64,000 bases of DNA, from the NCBI RefSeq assembly GCF_020860705.1, contig NZ_JAJBTT010000044.1, positions 9,204 through 73,203 of the forward strand. Direction: 5' to 3'. This DNA comes from Akkermansia sp. (GTDB taxonomy: Bacteria > Verrucomicrobiota > Verrucomicrobiia > Verrucomicrobiales > Akkermansiaceae). The position numbers and the translations under genes were made by a program. Positions within the stretch are counted from its first letter, which is position 1, and every line of letters begins with the position of its first letter. A model generated the notes under the pieces. It had not been told where the DNA came from. It worked only from the letters and a program-made list of their open reading frames with translations, and searched no databases. Below, in pieces: positions 56,719 through 64,000 of the stretch.

Positions 56719-57612
56719 ATGGAGGGTATACGCTATTACAACCGCTACACGGGCAGGGAAGAACGGGAGCAGGTGCTGGGAGAAAAGTACCTGCAATGGA
56801 TTTACGGCACTTCCACGGGAAGGGCTGCTCTGCATGTCCTGATCAAGCGCGGCGTGTTTTCCTCCCTGCTGGGGTGGCTGAAGAACCGGCCTTCCAGTGC
56901 GCGGTCCATTCCCGCCTTTGTGGAAGAGTACGGGATCAATATGGAGGAGTCCCTCAAGGGGATGGGTGAATTCAAGCATTTCAACGATTTTTTCTACCGA
57001 CGCCTGAAGCCGGGCGCACGCCCCCTCGCCGGAGGGGAGGAAACGGCTGTTTTCCCGGCGGATGCCCGGCACATGGGCTGGGAGCGCGCCGACCGCATCA
57101 GCGGCGTTTTTGTGAAAGGGCAGAGCTTTGACCTGCCGACTCTTCTGGGCAGCGTGGAGTTGGCTGAACGGTATGCGGAAGGGGCGGTGGTCTTGTCGCG
57201 CCTGTGCCCTACGGATTACCACCGTTTTCATTTTCCCGTTTCCGGTATTCCCGGCAGGTGGAGGAGAATGGGAGGTCCTTTGGCCAGCGTATCCCCTTAT
57301 TGTTTGAGCAGGACACTTTCATGGCTTTGGACAAACAAGCGGAATCTGACGCTTATCCAGTCGGATTCCTGGGGACAGGTCGCCATGCTGGAGGTGGGCG
57401 CCACCGGCGTGGGTTTTATTGAAGAGACGTATGTTCCGGGAGAATTTGCCCCAAGAGGGGCGGAGAAGGGATATTTTGCGTTCGGCGGTTCCACCGTGAT
57501 GTGCTTCTTTGAACCGGGCAGAATCAAGCTCGCTTCCGATCTGTTGGAAAAAACGGAAGAAGGTATGGAAATGTTTGCCCGTCAGGGAGATATGATGGGT
57601 AAAGTTGTTTAG
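56719..57612 (+). CDS. psd: Phosphatidylserine decarboxylase proenzyme
   Basis: FNDFFYRRLKPGARP...LCPTDYHRFHFPVSG...GYFAFGGSTV (GST self-cleavage motif). Alternative start at 56689. Confidence 0.85.
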   Translation: MEGIRYYNRYTGREEREQVLGEKYLQWIYGTSTGRAALHVLIKRGVFSSLLGWLKNRPSSARSIPAFVEEYGINMEESLKGMGEFKHFNDFFYRRLKPGARPLAGGEETAVFPADARHMGWERADRISGVFVKGQSFDLPTLLGSVELAERYAEGAVVLSRLCPTDYHRFHFPVSGIPGRWRRMGGPLASVSPYCLSRTLSWLWTNKRNLTLIQSDSWGQVAMLEVGATGVGFIEETYVPGEFAPRGAEKGYFAFGGSTVMCFFEPGRIKLASDLLEKTEEGMEMFARQGDMMGKVV

Positions 57613-57775
57613 TGCAGATATCCCGGGAGTGTAAATGGCATGGTCGCCAGATTATAAATCCGTTGACAGGTTGATATTCAGCTAGGCAACTGATGGCGTA
57701 GATATGGGGGATGTGTATAAAAATGCAGGCTTCACCGCCGCCGCAGAGCCTGAGCACGGTTTGACGAGTGAAAAA

Positions 57776-57809
57776 ATCCGGCACTCCTTCGGGAATGCCG
57801 GATTTTTTA
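57776..57809. terminator. Bidirectional terminator between psd (+) and rpe (-)
   Basis: atccggcactcc / ggaatgccggat stem (one mismatch), loop ttcg, flanked by A6 upstream and T6 downstream. Confidence 0.7.
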
Positions 57810-57856
57810 ATGTTTCGGGATAACTAACCGGGCAGACGTTGGCGCTGCCGGCAAGG

Positions 57857-58510
57857 TTATTTCATTTCCGCAATGGCGCGGGCCATATCCGGCGCCTTGA
57901 AGGTGGAGGAGCCTGCCACCAGCACGTCCGCCCCGGCCAGGGCGCATTGGGCGGCATTGTCCCTGCCTATTCCCCCGTCCATCTGGATCAGGAAAGGGGC
58001 CTGGTATTCCGCACGCCATTCCGCCGCTTTTTCTACCTTCTCCAGCACGGAGGGCATGAAAGATTGCCCTCCAAAGCCCGGCACCACGGACATGACCAGC
58101 AGCAGATCTATGTTTCTCAGGAAGGGAACGACCGCCTCAAAAGGGGTGGCCGGATTGAGGGCCAGGCCGTTTTTCACCCCGGCTTTCCGGATGCGCCTGA
58201 GGGTCTCGGTTATGTAGTAGGGGTCTCCCAGTTCCACATGAAAGCAGATGAGGTCCACTCCGGCTTTTACGAAGCGATCAAAGTAGTGGTCCGGCCGCTC
58301 GATCATCAGGTGAGCATCCAGAAAGCGGTCCGGTCCCACCGCTTTTCTGACGGCGGCGCAGATTTCCGGACCAAAGGAGATGTTGTCCACAAAATGGCCG
58401 TCCATGATGTCCAGGTGCAGCCAGTCGGCACCGGAGTCAAAAGCGCGGCGCGCTTCCTCCCCAATGCGGGTGAAATCTGCTGCCAGCAGGGACGGGGCAA
58501 TCATGGTCAT
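57857..58510 (-). CDS. rpe: Ribulose-phosphate 3-epimerase
   Basis: IAPSLLAADF...DWLHLDIMDGHFV...HLM...VMSVVPGFGGQSF...MDGGI. Confidence 0.92.
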   Translation of the reverse strand: MTMIAPSLLAADFTRIGEEARRAFDSGADWLHLDIMDGHFVDNISFGPEICAAVRKAVGPDRFLDAHLMIERPDHYFDRFVKAGVDLICFHVELGDPYYITETLRRIRKAGVKNGLALNPATPFEAVVPFLRNIDLLLVMSVVPGFGGQSFMPSVLEKVEKAAEWRAEYQAPFLIQMDGGIGRDNAAQCALAGADVLVAGSSTFKAPDMARAIAEMK

Positions 58511-58535
58511 GGGCTTGTGTTCCTTTCCGGGGATT

Positions 58536-61109
58536 TTAGTTGGCGACGATGTTGACCAGGCGGCCGGGCACGACGATGACCTTCCGCACGGTAACGCCGT
58601 CCAGGAAGACTTTCACCTTTGCAGAGGCCAGGGCCAGTTTTTCCAGTTCTTCACGGGAGATGTCCTTGGGCACTTCCAGTTTGTCCCTCAGTTTGCCGTT
58701 TACCTGGATGACGATGGGAACCGTGTTTTCCACCAGCAGGGCTTCATCACAGACAGGCCAGTTTTTCTGGCAGAGCTGCGTTTCCGCCAGGGAGGGGAAG
58801 CGTTCCTGCAGGCGGCTGTGGATTTCTTCCGTGATGTGCGGGGCAAAGGGATTCAACAGCGTCAGGAAGGTGTCGTAATCCTGCACGTCCACTACGTCTG
58901 CAGAGGTCATGGCGTTGGTGCATTCCATCATTTTGGCGATGGCGGTATTGAAGGACATGTCGTTGATGTCGTCCGTCACCTTCCTGATGGTCTTGTGCAG
59001 TTCCTTGCGCACGGGCAGCACGACGGCTTCCGGTACGTCCGCCGCAAGCTTGGGATTGATTTCCCATTCGCCTTCCTGGTTTTCCCGGAAGGCCACGCGC
59101 CAGACGCGGGCCAGGAAGCGGGAGATGCCTTCCACCCCCTTGGTGGCCCAGGGTTTTACGTCCTTGAGGGGGCCCATGAACATTTCATACATGCGCAGGG
59201 CGTCCGCGCCGTATTCGCGGACGATGTCGTCCGGGTTGACGACGTTGCCGCGGGATTTGGACATTTTCTGCCCGTCTTCTCCCAGGATCAGCCCTTGGTT
59301 GATGAGCTTCTGGAACGGCTCGTTCGTGGTGAGGAGGCCCAGGTCAAAGAGGACCTTGTGCCAGAAACGGGCATAAAGCAGGTGGAGCACAGCGTGTTCC
59401 GTGCCGCCCACGTATAGGTCCACGCCGCCGGGGTTGCCGGTGGAGCCCATCCAGTATTGTTCCGCGTCACGGCTGACGAAGCGCTGGGTGTTTTTCGGGT
59501 CCAGGTAGCGCAGGTAGTACCAGCAGGAGCCGGCCCACTGGGGCATTGTGTTCGTTTCACGGTGGGCCGTGGGCGTATAGGCAATCCATTCCGTGGCCTT
59601 GACCAGTGGGCCGCGGGGGTCCCCGGTGGGGGCAAAGTCGTCCAGGTCCGGCTGGAGCAGGGGGAGTTCTTCTTCCGGCAGGGCGCGGTGGCGGCCGTCT
59701 TCCCAGACGATGGGGAAGGGTTCCCCCCAGTAACGCTGGCGGGAGAAGAGCCAGTCGCGCAGCTTGTAGTTGACCTTGCGGCGGCCTTTGCCGTTTTCTT
59801 CCAGCCAGAGGATCATTTTTTCCTTGGCTTCCGGGGTAGGCAGGCCGGTCAGGAAGCCGGAGTTCACGCTGGTTCCCTCATAGCCGCAGAATCCGCGCCA
59901 GTCCATGTCTTCACTGGGAGGCTGAACCACCTGCAGGACAGGGAGTTTAAAGACCTGGGCAAAGGCGAAGTCGCGTTCGTCGTGGGCAGGAACGGCCATG
60001 ATGGCTCCGGTTCCGTAGCCCATCAGCACGTAATCTGCAATCCAGACGGGTACCTGTTCTCCGTTGACGGGATTGACGGCATGGGCGCCGGTGAAAACGC
60101 CCGTTTTTTCCTTGGACAGGTCCGTGCGTTCCAGGTCGCTCTTGGTGGCGCACTGGCTGCGGTATTGTTCCACGGCTTCCTTCTGTTCCGGCGTGGTGAT
60201 GGAGTCCACCAGCGGGTGTTCCGGGGAGAGAACCATGTACGTGGCTCCAAAGAGGGTGTCCGGGCGCGTGGTGTAAACGGTGATGGTTTCACCGCCCAGG
60301 GTGAAGTCCACCTCGGCCCCTTCCGATTTGCCTATCCAGTTGCGTTGAAGCAGCTTGATGGATTCCGGCCAGTCCAGGGGCTCCAGTTCGTCAATCAGGC
60401 GTTCCGCGTAATCCGTGATGCGCAGCATCCACTGGCGCAGGGGGCGGCGTTCCACATGGTGCCCCTTGGATTTCCATTCCTCCACTTCCTCATTGGCAAG
60501 CACGGTGCCCAGGTCCGGGGACCAGTTGACGGCCGCCTCCGCCACGTAGGCCAGGCGGCGCTGGTCGATTTCCTCCCGGCTCATTCCCTGGGCTTCCAGT
60601 TCGGAGACGGGGCGCGCCTTTTTCAGTTCCTTGTTATAATAGGAGTTGTAAAGCCGCAGAAAGATCCATTGAGTCCAGCGCACGTATTCGTGGTCCGTCG
60701 TGGCGATTTCACGGTCCCAGTCATAGGAAAAGCCCAGCATCTTGAGCTGGCGGCGGAAGTTGTCAATGTTCCTGAACGTGGTCACGGACGGATGCTGCCC
60801 GGTCTTAATGGCGTATTGCTCCGCCGGGAGGCCGAAGGAGTCCCAGCCCATGGGGTGAAGCACGTTGAAGCCGTTCATACGCTTGAAACGCGCTACGATG
60901 TCCGTGGCGGTGTACCCTTCCGGATGGCCCACGTGCAGCCCTGCGCCGCTGGGGTAGGGGAACATGTCCAGCACATAGTACTTGGGTTTGGACGCGTCAA
61001 AGCCCTCATCCCCGGGGTTGTTTACTTTAAAGGTCTTCCTTTCGTCCCAGATCTGCTGCCACTTGGGTTCAAAAACGTCAAAGGGATATGGTTTCTTGCG
61101 CTCGGACAT
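58536..61109 (-). CDS. leuS: Leucyl-tRNA synthetase
   Basis: [23 protein letters not shown] (HIGH), KMSKSRGN (KMSKS), CP1 editing region; ~857 aa. Confidence 0.95.
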   Translation of the reverse strand: MSERKKPYPFDVFEPKWQQIWDERKTFKVNNPGDEGFDASKPKYYVLDMFPYPSGAGLHVGHPEGYTATDIVARFKRMNGFNVLHPMGWDSFGLPAEQYAIKTGQHPSVTTFRNIDNFRRQLKMLGFSYDWDREIATTDHEYVRWTQWIFLRLYNSYYNKELKKARPVSELEAQGMSREEIDQRRLAYVAEAAVNWSPDLGTVLANEEVEEWKSKGHHVERRPLRQWMLRITDYAERLIDELEPLDWPESIKLLQRNWIGKSEGAEVDFTLGGETITVYTTRPDTLFGATYMVLSPEHPLVDSITTPEQKEAVEQYRSQCATKSDLERTDLSKEKTGVFTGAHAVNPVNGEQVPVWIADYVLMGYGTGAIMAVPAHDERDFAFAQVFKLPVLQVVQPPSEDMDWRGFCGYEGTSVNSGFLTGLPTPEAKEKMILWLEENGKGRRKVNYKLRDWLFSRQRYWGEPFPIVWEDGRHRALPEEELPLLQPDLDDFAPTGDPRGPLVKATEWIAYTPTAHRETNTMPQWAGSCWYYLRYLDPKNTQRFVSRDAEQYWMGSTGNPGGVDLYVGGTEHAVLHLLYARFWHKVLFDLGLLTTNEPFQKLINQGLILGEDGQKMSKSRGNVVNPDDIVREYGADALRMYEMFMGPLKDVKPWATKGVEGISRFLARVWRVAFRENQEGEWEINPKLAADVPEAVVLPVRKELHKTIRKVTDDINDMSFNTAIAKMMECTNAMTSADVVDVQDYDTFLTLLNPFAPHITEEIHSRLQERFPSLAETQLCQKNWPVCDEALLVENTVPIVIQVNGKLRDKLEVPKDISREELEKLALASAKVKVFLDGVTVRKVIVVPGRLVNIVAN

Positions 61110-61282
61110 GATGGGGAGGAATGTATACTCCACCCGCAGGCCAATCAAGCCTAAACCCGGCGGCGGACAGGTGCTTTCAGCGCTTCCCGGGGCAGGAAGT
61201 CATTTTATGGAAAAAAGGGGAAAGACCAGAGATTGTCTGGGCGTATTTTTAGGTTGAAAGGATTTTACTGACCATATAAATA

Positions 61283-62974
61283 ATGATGACCATGAAGTTC
61301 ACTGCCTGCCTTTTGGCCGCCGCGTGCGGCTTCCTCTCCCTGCCGGGCGTTTCTCATGCCCGGCCTGACGCCCAGCCCTCTTCCGGCGCAAAACCCAATA
61401 TCATTGTGTTCCTGGTGGATGACATGGGCTGGCAGGATACGTCCCTGCCGTTCTGGACGGATGAACAGGGCAAGCCCATAAAGACTTTCCTGAACAAGCG
61501 TTACCGTACGCCGAACATGGAGAAGCTGGCCTCCCAGGGCATGATGTTTACGGATGCCTATGCACACCCCCTCTGCACGCCGTCGCGCGTGAGCCTGATG
61601 TCCGGCATGAATCCGGCACGGCATCGCGTGACCAACTGGGTCAGGCTGCAAAACCAGACGACAGACCAGAATAACAAGAATCTCCAGCCGCCTGACTGGG
61701 CCCTCAACGGCCTTCAACCGCTCGGAACGCCCGCCAAGGGAGTGACGAAGCGCCCCATTTCCGGGGAGGACATGCACTACAACATGACCCGTCCCTTTGC
61801 CACGGCGGCCACGCTGCCCCAGCTGCTGAAAAAGTGCGGCTACGTGACGGTTCACTGCGGAAAGGCCCATTTCGGCACGCAGGGAACGCCGGGCTCCAAC
61901 CCGCTGAACATGGGGTTTGACTACAATATTGCCGGTACGGAAATCGGGCATCCGGCGGATTACCGCGGAGCCAAGCATTATGGAACCGGATTCAACCATG
62001 TGCGCGGACTGGATGAAAACAACTATTACCAGGATGATGTGTTCCTGACGGAAGCACTGACCCAGGAGGCCATCAAGAGGCTGGACGCCATCAGAAACAA
62101 TCCCAAGGAAGCGGGCAAGCCCTTCTACCTCTACCTGGCCCAGTATGCCCTTCATTCCCCGCTGGATGAACGTGCCTATGACAAGAGGTTTGCGGATGCC
62201 TACAAGGACCCGCAGGACGGCCACCCGTGGTCCCAGAAGGAAAAACATTACTCCGGTCTGATCGAAGGAATGGACAAGAGTCTGGGAGACGTTCTGAAGT
62301 ACCTGAAGGACAACAATCTGGATAAAAATACGGTGTTGGTGTTCATGTCTGACAACGGGGGACTGGCCCTCTCCGGAAGGCTTGGCAACGTGGATTCCAA
62401 TTACCCGCTTGCCTTTGGCAAGGGAGGCTGCATGGAGGGCGGCATCCGCGAGCCGATGATCGTTTCCTGGCCGGGCGTCACCAAGGGAGGTTCCCGGTGC
62501 TCCGTGCCGGTCATCATTGATGATTTTCTGCCCACGCTGCTGGATATGGCGGGATGCAGGAATTTGAAAACGCCGCAGAAGCTGGACGGCCTCAGCCTGG
62601 TACCCCTGCTGAAAGGGGCGCACTTCCCCGCCGACCGCCCTCTTCTGTTCCACCAGCCCAACAACTGGGGGGAAGGCAGTCGTGAGGCGCGGCAGTACGG
62701 CTCTTCCACCGCACTGCGCCGGGGAGACTGGAAGTTGATTTACCGCCACGGGGACCAGAGTTTTGAATTGTACAATCTGCGGAAGGATATCAGCGAAAAG
62801 AAGAATCTGGCTTCCGCGGAACCGAAGAAAGTGAAGGAAATGGCTTCCATGATGGGCAAGCTGCTCCGGGAGAGGAAGGCCCTGATGCCTACTTATAAGA
62901 AGGATAATGAGCTGGGCGCCCCTGCGGGCAGTATGGTCCCCTGGCCTGATGAGGTAAAAGGCGCCAAAAAGTAA
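61283..62974 (+). CDS. Secreted sulfatase (formylglycine-dependent, S1 family)
   Basis: Signal peptide. PNIIVFLVDDMGWQD and CTPSRVSLMSG (C-x-P-x-R FGly motif), GKAHFG, VFMSDNGG. Confidence 0.88.
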   Translation: MMTMKFTACLLAAACGFLSLPGVSHARPDAQPSSGAKPNIIVFLVDDMGWQDTSLPFWTDEQGKPIKTFLNKRYRTPNMEKLASQGMMFTDAYAHPLCTPSRVSLMSGMNPARHRVTNWVRLQNQTTDQNNKNLQPPDWALNGLQPLGTPAKGVTKRPISGEDMHYNMTRPFATAATLPQLLKKCGYVTVHCGKAHFGTQGTPGSNPLNMGFDYNIAGTEIGHPADYRGAKHYGTGFNHVRGLDENNYYQDDVFLTEALTQEAIKRLDAIRNNPKEAGKPFYLYLAQYALHSPLDERAYDKRFADAYKDPQDGHPWSQKEKHYSGLIEGMDKSLGDVLKYLKDNNLDKNTVLVFMSDNGGLALSGRLGNVDSNYPLAFGKGGCMEGGIREPMIVSWPGVTKGGSRCSVPVIIDDFLPTLLDMAGCRNLKTPQKLDGLSLVPLLKGAHFPADRPLLFHQPNNWGEGSREARQYGSSTALRRGDWKLIYRHGDQSFELYNLRKDISEKKNLASAEPKKVKEMASMMGKLLRERKALMPTYKKDNELGAPAGSMVPWPDEVKGAKK

Positions 62975-63007
62975 TTTCCCTCAGCGGCGTTTTTTCATTT
63001 GGCTGTG

Positions 63008-63054
63008 GGCATGCCTCCCGGTTCCCGGATATGGGGAGGGAGGCATGCCTTTTT
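63008..63054 (+). terminator. Rho-independent terminator after the sulfatase gene
   Basis: ggcatgcctccc / gggaggcatgcc perfect 12-bp stem, then TTTTT. Confidence 0.7.
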
Positions 63055-63330
63055 CCTGCAGGCGCGGCGTGTATTTTAGCCCGTGTTCCGGAAGTTCCGT
63101 TTCTGCCGGGAAGGGAAGCGTGCCCGGCTGGATGGGGCCGCTGTCGTTTGTTTGAAGAGAGAGGTGTGACGAGGGGGTATTCCCGCCTGTCCGGGGCATG
63201 AGGACGTTTTTTCAAGGGAAGCCGTTTTCCTACCCCCCTCCTCCGTGAAAGGAACGCGGGGTAAATGACTTTTCCCCTCCCTCCTTTGAGGTCCGGGGTA
63301 TTCCCTGAAACGGGGCGCCCGGGAAGCATG

Positions 63331-63367
63331 AAAAAAACCGTCCCGCAGGATTTTTCCTGCGGGACGG
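63331..63367 (-). terminator. Rho-independent terminator of the minus-strand gene at 63417+
   Basis: ccgtcccgcagga / tcctgcgggacgg perfect 13-bp stem, followed on the minus strand by TTTTTTT. Confidence 0.7.
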
Positions 63368-63416
63368 TCCTGGTTTGACGTGTTGTCAGATCCTATCCCC
63401 GGAAGGGGAGGGTATT

Positions 63417-64000
63417 TTAAAAGTCGTCGGAAGCGGCGCTGTCCGTTGCCGTGGCGTCTTCCCCGCCTTCCGTGGTGGTGTCCGCGGCGGGCGTTTCATC
63501 CGTACCGGTGGCGTCTGCGTCGTCAGCAGGCGTTTCATCGGTAGCCTCAGGTTTCGGTGAAGGAGCGGCTGCGGGCTTGGCGGCGCCGGCTGCCGGGGCG
63601 GCTTCCTTGGGAGGAACGACCACCTTCACCGCCGGAGGTACCGGAACGGGCGTGCTCAGGCCGTCAGCCTTGCGGGTGCTGACGCGGAGGCCGTCCGCAT
63701 AAGCCAGATTTTTCAGGATGGCATAGCCCAGGGCGGGAGCCCGGTCCGTCGTGTTGACCAGCATCTTGAAGTGGTTGTTGACGGACATCTTGCGTGCGTC
63801 TCTGCCGTTGCGGAAGGGAATAATGCCCACCAGGTTGCCGTCATTGTCAATGCAGAGCGCCCAGAAGGAGCGGTCCACCTGGATGAAGTATTGCGGACGG
63901 ATGTAGTCCATGGTTTTCCATTCTGCCCCCTTGATGTATTCCTCCATGGCGCGGCGCGCATTGGCCGGCATGACGCCCCAGTCGGCGTAAACCCTGCTGG
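63417..64000 (-). CDS. Hypothetical protein with acidic low-complexity C-terminus (5' end possibly outside the window)
   Basis: The frame stays open from 63971 (first Met) to the window edge. The C-terminal ~90 aa are P/A/T/D/E-rich. No recognised domain. Confidence 0.5.
   Translation of the reverse strand, partial: SRVYADWGVMPANARRAMEEYIKGAEWKTMDYIRPQYFIQVDRSFWALCIDNDGNLVGIIPFRNGRDARKMSVNNHFKMLVNTTDRAPALGYAILKNLAYADGLRVSTRKADGLSTPVPVPPAVKVVVPPKEAAPAAGAAKPAAAPSPKPEATDETPADDADATGTDETPAADTTTEGGEDATATDSAASDDF

Noticed and set aside
57818-57829. ggataactaacc near the psd/rpe terminator shares 10 nt with IR-R of the invertible switch.
   Set aside because: The flanking arm bases differ (12/15 overall) and no inverted partner is nearby. 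A single 10-mer hit is only weakly unexpected in 64 kb.

Overview
GC-rich bacterial chromosome segment. Gene content (PEP-CTERM proteins, CxPxR sulfatase, secretin with TPR N-terminus, lysine-rich RpoD) fits a Verrucomicrobiota genome of the Akkermansia type; this is a guess from memory, not a database hit. Most of the window is housekeeping: leuA-like, malQ, rimO, dnaG-rpoD, rpiB-glyA fusion, prc, cdsA, hrpB, PiT, cca, GH13, folD, fabI, ispH, rpsT, ilvB, psd, rpe, leuS. Four things stand out. (1) A stand-alone tyrosine recombinase (10655-11692, -) sits 29 bp from a 153-bp AT-rich segment bracketed by perfect 15-bp inverted repeats (11721-11735 / 11889-11903). This lies directly upstream of a GT25-GT2-GT8 glycosyltransferase operon, the architecture of an invertible phase-variation switch. 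(2) A type I-C-like CRISPR array (54580-55781; 19 repeats, 18 spacers) lies between ilvB and a Sel1-repeat gene, with no cas gene anywhere in the 64 kb. (3) A solitary, structure-preserving copy of the same repeat (192-222) follows an AT-rich stretch and precedes about 34 nt plus a strong terminator hairpin. It could be an array relic or seed, or a crRNA-like regulatory RNA. (4) Convergent 9-bp-periodic TAGGG repeats (2313-2405) lie upstream of two tandem PEP-CTERM genes. Many long ORFs antisense to real genes are GC-driven artefacts. All calls come from reading the sequence and ORF translations by eye. No searches were run, and start codons and hairpin edges are approximate.
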